Assembly: GCF_964355755.1 (NCBI RefSeq)
Contig: NC_092674.1
Coordinates: 30,566,001 to 30,630,000 of the forward strand
DNA from: Antedon mediterranea
Taxonomy: Eukaryota > Animalia > Echinodermata
Reading direction: 5' to 3'
DNA: 64,000 bases
Shown: positions 37,583 through 50,400 of the stretch, piece after piece
Layout: the number at the start of each line of letters is the position of its first letter
Numbering within the stretch: position 1 is the first letter of the stretch
Position numbers and translations under genes: made by a program
Notes under the pieces: generated by a model
Databases searched by the model: none
What the model was told of the DNA's origin: nothing
What the model saw: only the letters and a program-made list of their open reading frames with translations

Positions 37583-40500
37583 ATGTCAATCTTGTATGCA
37601 ACGGTCACACGAGGGACTACCATACTTGCACGGTACGCATCATGCCAGGGGAATTTCTCGGAGGTAGTGGAGCAGATTTTATTAAAAGTTTCACCCGAGA
37701 ATGCCAAACTGACATACTCGCATGGCAGCTACTTATTCCACTATGTAACAGAAGACAGGATTACATATTTATGCATCACAGATGATGTGAGTATTTTAAT
37801 GGAGATAGATTATCAATAAAATTGTTGAAATAAAGTACGTACAGTAGACGATTTACAAGCCCCTTCTCCCTAAATTTTGAAAATTACAATGCAAAAAATT
37901 TAACATTACATTAAAATCTCTGGTTTATAGAAAATAAACATAGATATGCAAAAATTAACCAAATAAAGCACAAGTATGAATGCACTGTGAACAATATGAC
38001 GCACTCTCATCTTTATATATATCTTTTATATTTATTTATTTATTTATATTCAACTTATACAAAAAACATATTAATGAAGGATAGGACCAGACAGGTGGTA
38101 AACACCTAAAACGGTCCAGCCCAATTGCACAACAAAAACGTATATAAAATTATAATAAATCCATAGGCAAATTACTGAAAAAAATGACAATGCTGTGGGT
38201 ATCAGTGGCTGGATATCAATGGAGATACAAAAAAAAAGCGAAAAGCTAAATCAAAATGATAAGTAAAACAGCCAGAAAAGTTAGCAGAGCTTTCGGACAA
38301 CACTAGCCCTTCATCAGTGCAAAGTAAAATAAAATTATAATAAATATATATAATGGCCAATATAGCATATTAAAGAAATAAGTATTTTATAAGACATTGT
38401 GTACTAAAATGTTGAGATTATTAATATACTTTCACTTTCATTATTATCTACACAATTGGCTATATAACAATTTTCTTAATATTAAGTAAGGATTTCTACA
38501 TTCTGTAAACATGAAACTAGAAAGTAGAACTAGAATGTCCAGGCCTTTGCAACAACATTCTTTTCCGATTGTTATAATTAAAGATAAATTGTCCCCTAAA
38601 CATTTTTTTTGTTTAAACATCTTTAAATAAACATTGCACTTTTATTATTTTTTAGGATTTTCAGCGGTCTAAAGCATTTATGTATTTGAGTGAAATATCC
38701 AGAAAGTTTTCCAACAACTATGGATCTAGAGCACAAACAGCTCTGCCTTTTGCAATGAATAGTGAATTCTCACAGATTTTAGCAACAGAAATGGTAAATA
38801 TTAATCATTCACTAGCAGGGCAATTTGCTAATTTTGTCAAAGATTGGTCTCCCAGAAGGCCCAGTTATGATCAGTGGCTGTGTGAGTACTAGTACACCGG
38901 AGTAACCCCCTTACTAGAAGGGCAATTTGTTATTGGTGTATAGACTACTCCTCTCCAACCTTTAAAGACCGTTATTGGTGTATAGACTACTCCTCTCCAA
39001 CCTTTAAAGACCGTTATTGGTGTATAGACTACTCCTCTCCAACCTTTAAAGACCGTTATTGGTGTATAGACTACTCCTCTCCAACCTTTAAAGACCATTA
39101 TTGGTGTATAGACGACTACTCTCCAACCTTTAAAGACCGTTATTGGTGTATAGACTACTCCTCTCCAACCTTTAAAGACCGTTATTGGTGTATAGACTAC
39201 TCCTCTCCAACCTTTAAAGACCGTTATTGGTGTATAGACAACTACTCTCCAACCTTTAAAGACCGTTATTGGTGTATAGACTACTCCTCTCCAACCTTTA
39301 AAGACCGTTATTGGTGTATAGACTACTCCTCTCCAACCTTTAAAGACCGTTATTGGTGTATAGACGACTACTCTCCAACCTGTGGAGAGATATCCTCAAT
39401 GCCTACAATAATTATTATATTTATTTTATCAATGTAATACAAGCATAATGTAATGTAATACAACTGTTTTGATTCAATCTAATATTATTTTCAGATGAAA
39501 TTTGCAGACAACAAAGGCGGTGACAAGCTAACTCAAGTACAGAATGATTTAGATGAATTAAACAGGATTATGGTGAAAAATATTGGTAAATATCTTGTTT
39601 GACCTTAGAACAATGACCTGGGATCGTCCCAGTTGATACAGTCAACTCTCCCGATACCGAACACCTTTGAACTGGCCTAGTAATATTTCTGGTTTTCAAC
39701 AAATTCTGGTATTGAATTTGGGACCTTTTGGGCCTCAAGAAAAGTCTGGTTTTTGGAGAGTTTCCGGTTTTCACAGAGTCCAGAGAGTTGACTACCCTAT
39801 ATATTATTAAGTCTGTATTCCTTTACCTGTAATAACTCAATAATAAAAAAACTACTGTTGTTTCAGATACGATAACAAACAGGGGAGAGCGCTTAGAATT
39901 ACTTGTTGATAAGACAGAAGACCTTGAAGCTAGTGTAAGCAGAATACATTTATTGTATTACAGTAACTAACAACTTTTAAAAAAGAACAACCCATGCAGT
40001 TTTCAAAAGAATTGATTTTAAGAGATCCACTGTATTAAATAAAATGCATTCAGTCATATTTAAGAGGTCCACTGTATTAAATAAAATATCATATTTCTTT
40101 AAAGTAGTCGCTAGGCAATGCTTAGTTTGTACTGATGTTTAAATCTCTGTCTACACTATCAAATTGTATGACCAAAAAATGTGATGTGTCCATATATGGA
40201 CATAATGATGTCATATCACCACCATATTTGGGCACATCACACTTTTTGTCAAACTAGTTTGATAGTGTAGACAGAGCTTTATACAGAAAGACTACTGTAC
40301 TTTCTACTGCACTTCTTATTTGAGATTATAACTTTACTTATTGTCAATTGTTTAAATAGTTAAAATGTGTTGTTTATTTGTAGTCACTGACATTTAAGAA
40401 GACAAGTAAAAACCTCTCCCGATCAATGTGTTTAAAGAATGCCAAGTTTACCATCATTCTTGTTGTTATTATAATTGTAAGTATAAACTAATTTCTTCTT

Positions 40501-41350
40501 GGTATAATTATCTGCTGTTTTGGATTTCTGAGATGAGAGCATGTATACATGTTTGTATGATTGAGAACTTGTGATATTCTACACTGTACCATGTTAAGAA
40601 TAGAAAGAAGTACTTGAACCTGATTTGAGCATCACTTTTCAAAAGGCTGAGTTTACATCTTGATTGACATGTTTTGTTTTCACAATTTTTGGAATTTCAT
40701 GGTGTTAACTATGGTTCTGTGAGCATATACAAGAATATACCTTTTGATATTGATACATCTACCCTCACAGTAATTACTAATATTCTATTCAATTCTAACT
40801 GACCTTTTTGATTATGTGTTAGAGTGTTATTCTCATAAACAAATTATGACCAAGCTGTTTTACAGATTACATTTTTTTTTTAATGCTGGTACGTAAGTTG
40901 ATTACAGTAATGAGTAACACACTCTGCATTCAAACAGTAATATGATTCCCTGATCTGTCATTCATTTTTGAATAAAACAATTAAAGTATTACCAAATTAT
41001 GGTGCTTTTTTAATATTAAAATAGTAAATAAATGTTAACTAATTCTATTATAAATGTTGTTTTATTAATTATATTTTTCTATTTATTTATTTAATTATTG
41101 TACAGTAACCTCATTGTAATTTTTTTCTCTATTTTGTTAATGGTGGTCTCTGCCTAAAAAATTATATTCTTAAACTTATTTTGACCACCATCCACATTAC
41201 CTAATGATTTATAAAGAAATATATGTATTATTTGAGGAAAATCAATGAACATCAACAATACAATAAATGTTGTTTATTTTTCAGCTTGTTATTTACTTCA
41301 TCATCTCAGCAGCCTGTGGTGGCTTAGCTTGGAACAAATGTGTAAAGTAA
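37583..41350 (+). CDS. VAMP7: Vesicle-associated membrane protein 7 (longin R-SNARE), 219 aa, 6 coding exons
   Basis: Exons 37583-37786 (MSILYATVTRGTTILA..LTYSHGSYLFHY..YLCITDD), 38656-38793 (RAQTALPFAMNSEFS), 39495-39585, 39867-39934 (RGERLELLVDKTEDL), 40384-40476, 41285-41350 (TM, ACGGLAW.KC). Sum 660 nt. Probable non-coding exon donor at 36963. Confidence 0.96.
38180..38323 (-). mobile_element. Short Penelope-like (pLTR or retrozyme-like) repeat carrying a minimal hammerhead, in a VAMP7 intron
   Basis: Reverse-complement homolog of 49097-49240. Confidence 0.7.
38281..38323 (-). ncRNA. Minimal type I hammerhead ribozyme motif
   Basis: gca-CTGATGA-a-GGGC-tagtgtt-GTCC-GAAA-gc-TC-tgc. Confidence 0.7.
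38929..39381. repeat. 42-bp minisatellite, ~11 copies, in a VAMP7 intron
   Basis: gttattggtgtatagactactcctctccaacctttaaagacc. Confidence 0.97.
39638..39793. mobile_element. Small Tc1/mariner-pogo-like MITE
   Basis: ta-cagtcaactctc...gagagttgact-a terminal inverted repeats. Confidence 0.55.
40140..40281. mobile_element. MITE family B copy
   Basis: taaatctctgtctacactatcaaa...tttgatagtgtagacagagcttta. Confidence 0.8.
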
Positions 41351-42164
41351 CAACTTAAAATTACAGACATTCTAGACACCAGACTGATTGACCCCATGTT
41401 GCCTACAAATCATCAACTTATTTTTAGACGGGGATCTTGAGGTAGCTACACCGGCTGTCTTCCATACATTTACACTGCCTGCAGTTCTTTCCTGAGGTTA
41501 CACAAAAAACATTGAAATTATATATCCTCACGACTGCATGGATGATTCCTAATTTAAATGTGGACTTTTACATAAGGGTGGAGTTATATATACAAGGGTG
41601 GAGTTATATAAGGGTGGACTGTTATATACACCATTCTGTGGTTAATATACACCATGTATGGTACATTTAGCTTAAATGACAGATTATTCTAATTTTTGTT
41701 AAATCTGTCGTTTTTTTTTGTTCTGACCAATTAAAGTGTAAAAATAATTGTATGTGTATATCATTATCAATTTAATTCCAGCATGATGACAAATTATATT
41801 TGTTTAAAAAAATGAAATATATTTTTAGTTAAAACCAAAAAGTAGCTAAATATTAAACTACTAAGCTGTATTTTGCTGTACAAAGTAATTGTTATTGTTT
41901 GTTCATGGACTGTCCATGGTTTGTTCTGTTTTTTTTATCTGTTCAGTGCAGCATAATATATGTAAATTGTAAAATTTCTTATTTAATATTTAAATTATGT
42001 TTTTTAAATTTTAGTTAATCTTACTTAATGTAATATATTTCATGCAATGTTCTTTGTCGTACAAATAAACATGATAGTTAGATATAGCAAATACTGAGAG
42101 TATATGCCCTGTGGCGACAACATACATTAGGAAACTCTTGAAAGATGACAAAAGATACTCCCAG

Positions 42165-42370
42165 GAGGCCTACACCTGAAGAGACACTCACAAAAGGCCC
42201 CTATACACCAGGAGACACTCACAAAAGACCTATATACACCAGGAGACACTCACAAAAGGCCCCTCTATACACCAGGAGACACTCACAGAAGGCCCCTCTA
42301 TACACCAGGAGACACTCACAAAGCCTATATACACCAGGAGATACTCACAAAAGGCCTCTATACACAAGAG
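42165..42370. repeat. Degenerate 31-33-bp tandem repeat between the VAMP7 and ILK 3' ends
   Basis: tatacaccaggagacactcacaaaaggcccc. Confidence 0.85.
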
Positions 42371-44469
42371 GCCCATAAACCATAGAGATATTATATCTCT
42401 ATGCATAAACCAAGACACTCCCAAGCTATCCACATACATCAAGACACTCCTAAAAGGCTCACCATAAGGCCAAGATTAAGCAGAGGCTAATAAAATGGAC
42501 AATTGTCTCAAGATTTGTTTTGATAAATAAATTTAGCAAAAAATTATATGAATATGATATTAGTAAAATATACAATTGGCAAAAATATTAATTGATGTCT
42601 TTATCTTTAAATGGTTGCCTTAATAAACTGATATATTAGCACTTTGCAAAAAAACTTGTTTTATGTGTTTTAATTTGTGTACATATATGATTCTCTGTAT
42701 TACCGTATCTCCACAATGGCAAGTTATGTAATATAGTGCCACGTATGCATCACATGTGTGATATGGTTCGGTTATATGGCTTCTGATACAGCTGTCACAA
42801 TGTGTCGCTGTATTATAGAATTTTAAATTGATACTGTATATTGAAATTCCAAACAAAAGGTGGATAGACTGAGACATACTATGTGGTCTGTCTGGTAAAA
42901 ATCAGCAACTTCTGTTATAATTACTCATCAAAAATGCATTTGTATTTCTGGATTTCTTTTCAGATTAAAGTCACTGATAGACAATGAAATAAACGATAGA
43001 AAATATATAATGTTGATGGTTTCACTAGATTTAATTCCCTACTGGTAATTTAATACAAGCAGTTAGCACCAGTTGATTTATTTAAATATGTGTATTGTCC
43101 TCCTTCTTTCATGCAAAAGTTTGCTTTTGTTTGTCGGAATACTATACTTAAATTTGTTTTTTGTTTTTTTTTAATTCTATAGTTTAAATTTGTAATTGTC
43201 AATAATGCTATTTGGCGCTGATGATACCAGGGGCGGATCCAGGACAACACCAACATATAATGTTATGACTATTAGTCCCTGTCAAAAATAGATATCAAAA
43301 AGTACTTTAGATAATAGCATTTAAGCGGTCAAAAGGAAGGAGCCTGTGAACCTACTATACCCTGGATTCACCCCTTCTACAAGCTCTGTCAAATTTGCAT
43401 TTTCTTCAATAATTAATTATTCTAATAATAAAATACTGTGTCTTTTCAAGAACTGAACTTGCTACAAATTCAGTGATTTAAAATGCAAATCTTTTCTACA
43501 TCTATATAGAATTTATTTTTTAAAAAGTCTGGAAAATATAAATAAAAAACTACAATATATCAATGGAAGCCTATGTTGTTAGCCATACAAGCTCTAAGCT
43601 TGTTCTTTTTATATACAGTAAAATGAGTAATTAAGGTCCTTGCTTCAGATACTTGCTAATAAGCCTATAAATACAGTTTGTGTGCACTAAATTGTAGTAA
43701 AAACTGCATAAAATTGACTGATATGCTCATATACCTGTACTGGTTTTTTTATCCCCCTCATTAAATCTTAATTATGCACTATTTATACTCTATTTGTAAA
43801 TTTTAATACACTATATATATCTAAAATGTTTGAAGTATAAATATAAATTTTCATATGTATACATTTTTGAGTCATCATAGGAAGACAAGGTTTCTTAAAT
43901 TTAGGGTAAAAAGTTAACAAACATGCAATAAATTACAATTATATAAATTGTATTGTAAAAAAGGTGAGTTCTCTGGCTAATTAATTTGTTGACATAGCAT
44001 CATATACTTCAATTTCTAATTGTATTTTGGAGGGAACTTTAAACAATTATACAACCTCTTCTATTAATATGTTACCTTAATTACATTTTTTTTATATAAA
44101 AAGGTCACTTTCAGCAACTTGGGTTCAGCTTTCTGCTCATTATTTAATTAGTTTGTAGAAAAAAAGAATTTTTCACAAGATACATTTTTAAAAGCACATC
44201 TAGAACAGATAAATTGTATATTAAAAACTTTGATGAGTTTTGACAAATTGTTCAAATACACAATACATGCATTATGTTTGAGGTGGTTTTTGCTAACATA
44301 AATATAATGGTGTAACAAACATAAACAAATACATTATGATGAATGTACACAAAGTAAATATACAAAAAGAAAATCAAATATGTACATGTGGCAACAATAT
44401 AATAGTATTTAAACCCTTAATGTATTTCAACTTGTGAAAATACACACGATATCAGGTTTATGAAATTGG

Positions 44470-47400
44470 TTATGCTGTTCGCATTTTTTCTAAAATCGGC
44501 AGGATCATATCAAAGCGAGGGCGCTTTCCAGGATCTTCATTCATGCATATCCTAATTAGCTTACTCATGTGCGCAGACGCTCCTGTAGGTGGGGTTATTC
44601 GTAGTCCTTCGCACACAATCTGGAAAAATAACGTTTTATATTTGTATGAAAGACATTCTGCTTTTGAATTAAACTTTGTGATTGACATATCAACAATAAA
44701 TTTCACAGATCTTTTTTTACCTTTTTTTAAATTGGTCTGCTTTTCATTCATGATTCTCTTAACATCTTTTTAAATAACATTTTATTTGTAACTATTAATC
44801 ATTTAAAAGTACTGGGACTGATAATTTTTATCTTAAAAAAAAATAAATTAAAAAATGTGAAGATAAATGTACACATACTTTCATTCCAATTTCCATTGGT
44901 GATTGGCCAGCAAACGGCACTTCCCTCGTTGATAATTCCCACAGAAGTATTGCGTAACTCCACATATCTGCTGCCCTCACATTTGCTTCTTCTGGTTTCT
45001 TTTGAAGAGCTACAAATAAAGGCGTTTTCCGTTTAAAAAGTAATCCATATTAGCAAATAGTTGTTGTCAGTCAGTCAATTTGTTTTTTTAATCCAAATTT
45101 TGAACTATTACTTAGTCAGACAACAAAGATCTCCTGCTCCTCTATATTTCTTTTAGTTTGAAATCAAGCATCTATTTAACTTCTATTATCCATTAAAACA
45201 AAACCAAGATACAGTACCTTCAGGTGCCATCCATGCTGGGTTAAACACCTTGGCTTTATTTTGAAACGAAAACCGTGTGTCAGCCATATTCAACTTGGCA
45301 GTGTATTCCTCATCAATCTAAAACAATGACAAAATGAATTTGTACTGTAAAGTGTAAAAAAGTAGAATTTACCTTTCAAAAATACTGCAGTAACTGACAG
45401 ATTGGCACAGATTTTATATTTTAAGGGTGTCTAGAAAACTCAGATCTCAGATATTCTAGACACCCATATTTTAAACTAGGGAATGTTGTCTACAACAAAG
45501 GAGTAATGGTTACTGCAGTAATTGCAGTAATTGTATGACTTACCATGACATTTTTACTGTTAAGGTAGAATTTAGGTATCAAAGGATCCATTGAGTGTAG
45601 AAAGGACATTCCTCTTCCAATATCTAATGCAAAGCTGACTGCTTGCGTATGGTCAAAATCCATGCCTACAAACAATATATTAATAGTATTGTTTTTATAT
45701 ACTGTATTTCACTAAGCAAATTCATTCATTATCCTTCTTATAGGTGACAATAATGTAGTAGTCCTAGTCGATTTACATTTGTTACATTTCTAAATTTGCT
45801 AAATGTAAGTAACTACATTATTTAGAGTATTTTAGAAAAAATATCAAACAAATCAACTAACCTGAGCCTTCATGAAGTACACGATACAAGGAACCGTGAG
45901 GGAGTGCTTCACTCAGGGTCACCATCTTTAACGGTGAACTTTGATTGACACACGCTAAAACAGGGTGAATGTTGGGATGCGAGAATATCCTAAGACGTGG
46001 GTATTCCAGGGCGAAGTCACGAGTTATCCGTGACGTGCAGTTGCGCACTTTAAGCATCTTTGCCATAACAGCAGTACCTTGCCATAACGCTCTGTACATC
46101 TGAAATAAAGACATGAAAGAAATCAATATCAGATTGAAAAAACACCTGATATTGACACAAAGTAAAACACATGCTCTGTTAGTACACTTTTTAAACTTTT
46201 CTGTATTCGTTGTACAGTATATATGATATTTCTACATTTTCATATTCCTGCTTTGTTGTTTTATATTATAAGGCACCCTGTAATTAGCTTCTCCCTGTTG
46301 AAAGTGTTTTGAAAAACAAAGAAAAAAAAGGATAGTAAAGCCCATTATGACGAATGCTATACAAATCTCATGTTCTTATTAAGATATAGTAATTGTGACA
46401 TGTTTCCCCAAACTTGAATATCCTAAGCTCTGTCTACTAAACTAGTTTGATAGTGTAGACAGAGCTTTAACCTTCTATAAGTTAAGATTTAAATAAACAA
46501 ACAACGTACAGTTCCTGCTGCACTGTCATTGATCTGTCCCTGTAATTTGATAGATTTTAATTCGATGCCAGCAAACCGGGACAGAGTTGCATCTCCTGAA
46601 AAACATAAAATCATTTTTTATTATTTAACAATTGTAGTTGTAGCTTTGCTTGTACAGTCAGGGACGTAGCGAGAGGTTACATTACAAACAATACAAGATA
46701 TCACACTGTACTTACTGCTTCTAGTTTTTGTGCCACCCCAATTAGATGTCTTGTACGGAATTACTGTGAGATCTTGCCCTAAAGCTTGTGCCCGATCTGA
46801 AGATTATAAATCAATCAATATCTTATCCATATTATTCAATATTAATCAATATATTATCAATATATTATCAATATATTATCAATATTTTATCTTGACAAAA
46901 ACAAAAAACAATTTTTGTAAAATAAAAAGTTAGGAAATGTATATAGTACAATTGAGGGTCAAATGTTTTCCTTTCTTGTTCACTAGATAACAAATTATTG
47001 AATTACAAACTTTATGAACTTTTAAGTAGGCTCAGTTACTCAAAGATGTACTGTAGTCAAGTTGAATGGGTATTCAACAAGAAACTTGAAAATTCACAAT
47101 GAAAAAAGTACTATTGAATGCCATGTGACCCACAATTGTCCAATCAAATGACAGGAAATTATTTAGGTGTTTATATAATACCTCTTAGTTTCTCTGCTAA
47201 TAATGGCTTTGCTTTGGTTAATGGTGTCTGTCCAAGTTTATTACATAATGTTACTCTTGCTCCATGGCTCACTAATTCCTATGGCAAAAAAAGTATGCTA
47301 TTTAAAACTGCATTGAAACATTACTAAGATGATGGTTTGTATAATGTAATTTCATGGTTCAAACAATAATTCCTATGAAAAGTGTAGTACATAGTAGAGG

Positions 47401-50400
47401 TCACAATAATAACACCTATGTTTGTTACATAATGTAATTTCATGGCCAGGCTCACTAATGCATTTAAAAATCAGCGATTAATGATACAAAAAGGAGTTTT
47501 TAAAATATGATATACAACATATGGTTTATTATACAATTGGAGGCTGGCTTATCATTTCCTTTACAACATATTGGGTGAACATGCTTTATATGCATTTACA
47601 GACTGTGAATGTGGAAGTGTCGAACATAAACAATGTGTATGATTACTAGTACTACCTCAAAAAGCTTGCTAAATAATGGCATAAACAGGTTTACAGTACA
47701 CACAATTTAGTACTGCAGTAGAAAGATATCAATGCACGAACATTAATTAGAGCAGTACATAAGGTGGATTAACCACCTGATTAATTATTATCAGCATTAC
47801 AATAACAAAAATAATGTTTTCACATTAAATATATGCCACCATCTTTTCCTGCATGTGTTTATCATATGCCTTCAACATCAAGAAACTGGCCAATTATCAT
47901 GCTAAATATATACAGTACAGTAAACTAACTCTCTTTTTTTTTGTCCTTAGAGGGTGAAGTAAAAAGAGTCAAGAGTTAAGCTCGTTTTCCATTACTGAAT
48001 ATATTCGCACGAATCGAACATTCTTTATTATGTTATGATTGGTTGCGTATTATTTCACACTTTCGATTCGCCCGAATAAATTTGCCTAGTGGAAAACCGG
48101 CTTTATAAACCTGATTGATTTTTCCTTCCACACCAACACACCAGAGTTTTGCTTTTGGTGTGAAAGGGGTACACCCTGTAGGTCAGGATTGAACCAAGGG
48201 CCCTGGGATTGAAAGGCAAGCTACAGAGACTACTTGTTAACACTACACCAAATTACTAACCTGCGCAACCATTTCATAATTCCAGAAGCATGCATAATGT
48301 AAAGGTGTATTTCCATGTTCATTGATAGCATTGATATCTGCCTTAGAGTTGATAAGCTGCAGGTAAAAGAGGATTTAGGAGTACATACTAAATATATGCA
48401 TTAGGCAACCACTTAAGTACTTCGTTTATGATGTTTATAATCCACAATGATGCTGGAAACAAAGCTTGTTGCTTACATTACATGTACAGTAATAATTAAT
48501 TTATAATTTTAAAATTTAAATTTATGTACTGTACATGATAATATAAAAATAATTTATTCAAATAATATTAACCAATTTGCATAGGCCTAATGGGGGTACA
48601 GTATTCTGTTCAGTGTTCTGTCAGTGCATCAATTACAATAAAAATATTGAAAATAAAAACTCTAAATAAAAACATAGACACTGAATGAATAATCTCATAA
48701 TTGTTAATAACATGTTTTGATCCCGAATTTTGGGAAAGCATTTAGGGTGCTGTGAATATGGGTTCTTCCAAACAATACCCAGAAGCCCCTTTCCAACTTC
48801 AACTTGAATCCACACATAAATTAAATAATAATTAATGTTATTTGATTGTTCAACTAATTGATGAATACCCTCATAACGATTTCATCATGTCCATGGGCAG
48901 CAGCCAGATGTAATGATGTATCATCTCCCATATTGGTAGAGTTTATTTTAGCACCTCTAGCTAACAACATGTCAACGATGCCGGTACGTCCCTCCTTGGA
49001 GGCCCAATGCAATGCGCTGAATCGGTGATCATCACTAAAACAAAATCATCGTCAATGGGTAATTTTTATTCCAAATATTTCAAATATATATTAGCACTTG
49101 CACTGATGAAGGGCAAAGCCCGAAAGCTCTGTTAACTTTTCTGGCTGTTTTACTTATTGTTTTGATTTAGCTTTTCGGTTTTTTTTTTGTATCTCCATTG
49201 AGATCCAGCCACTGATACCCACAGCATTGTCATTTTTCAGTGCTTATTTTTTTTGTATCTCCATTGAGATCCAGCCACTGATACCCACAGTTGTCATTTT
49301 TATTATTACGCCCGTCAGGGATGTCACCACGCTGGTCGGCGCTGGTCGGCCCCGACCAGCACTCAACATTTCCGACCAGGATTTACAGGCTGCCGACCAC
49401 CACTATTTTAATCATTTACGATATTTATATTAGGCCTAGGCCTAACTAAAATTCGTACTAAAACATTTTACCTAGCACATCGTTAATAACAGACAAGCTA
49501 GCCTCATATAGATAAGACAAAAGACTACAGCAAATGTTTCCGTGGTTACGTACGTTACTTTATTTGTAACACAACACCAGGCCTACCCTGCCCTGGTATT
49601 CATTGTTACAGCTTGTGAGTCATGGCGAACAACGTGCTACACAGCACAGTGTACAACTACAAGTTTAAAGTTCACATAGCGACCATTCAAGCGTTTTATT
49701 TTGCACAGATTAAAAATACAAACAAGTACGCAGTAATTAAAAATGTGCAACTACATAGACCCAAACGAAATCATTTTTAATTGCTGAATGTTTTGTCACC
49801 CTGCTTTAATTATATTATGTTACTAGTTTTACATTTTTGTACTCTACGAACTATTAAAAAAAATAAAAAACATGCGCATGGTTCAGTGAGACCGGGCAAG
49901 TTCGTTCGTTTATGATCGCCGAGCATGGTACAATAATTACACGTCCCTGGGATAACTTCAGGTTGCTGAACTTCAGTTAACCCATAAACACGTGTCTGTT
50001 CTTGCCGGTGTAAGATTGAATTGTGTCCAGCATTCAAAAGTGTCCGGGTGGACACTTTTCAGCATTGGATAGTGTCCAGTTGCATGTTTCAACGGGTTCG
50101 TGGGCGTTTTTCAACAATTTAATGCTGTCCGGCCCGTTTAATAATGTCTGACCCATGGATTGAAATGCGTCCACTATTAAATACTGTATCATACGTTTTA
50201 TGATAGGTGGTTGTTTTTATCACGCCTGTACTTGACTTGTCTTCTTTTAATAACCAATAATACTTAATGATGCCAAACAAATTTTTTTTTCTAATTAAAG
50301 ATCGCTTTGCCTAAACACCTCCAATTAGGGACCATTATATTATTTGGTATGTGAAAAGACAAGAAGAATAAATAATTGTTAAGTATGTGACAAAAACAAG

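Noticed and set aside
48182-48250. tRNA gene
   Set aside because: A and B boxes are present but there is no acceptor stem or cloverleaf, so it is treated as a SINE relic.
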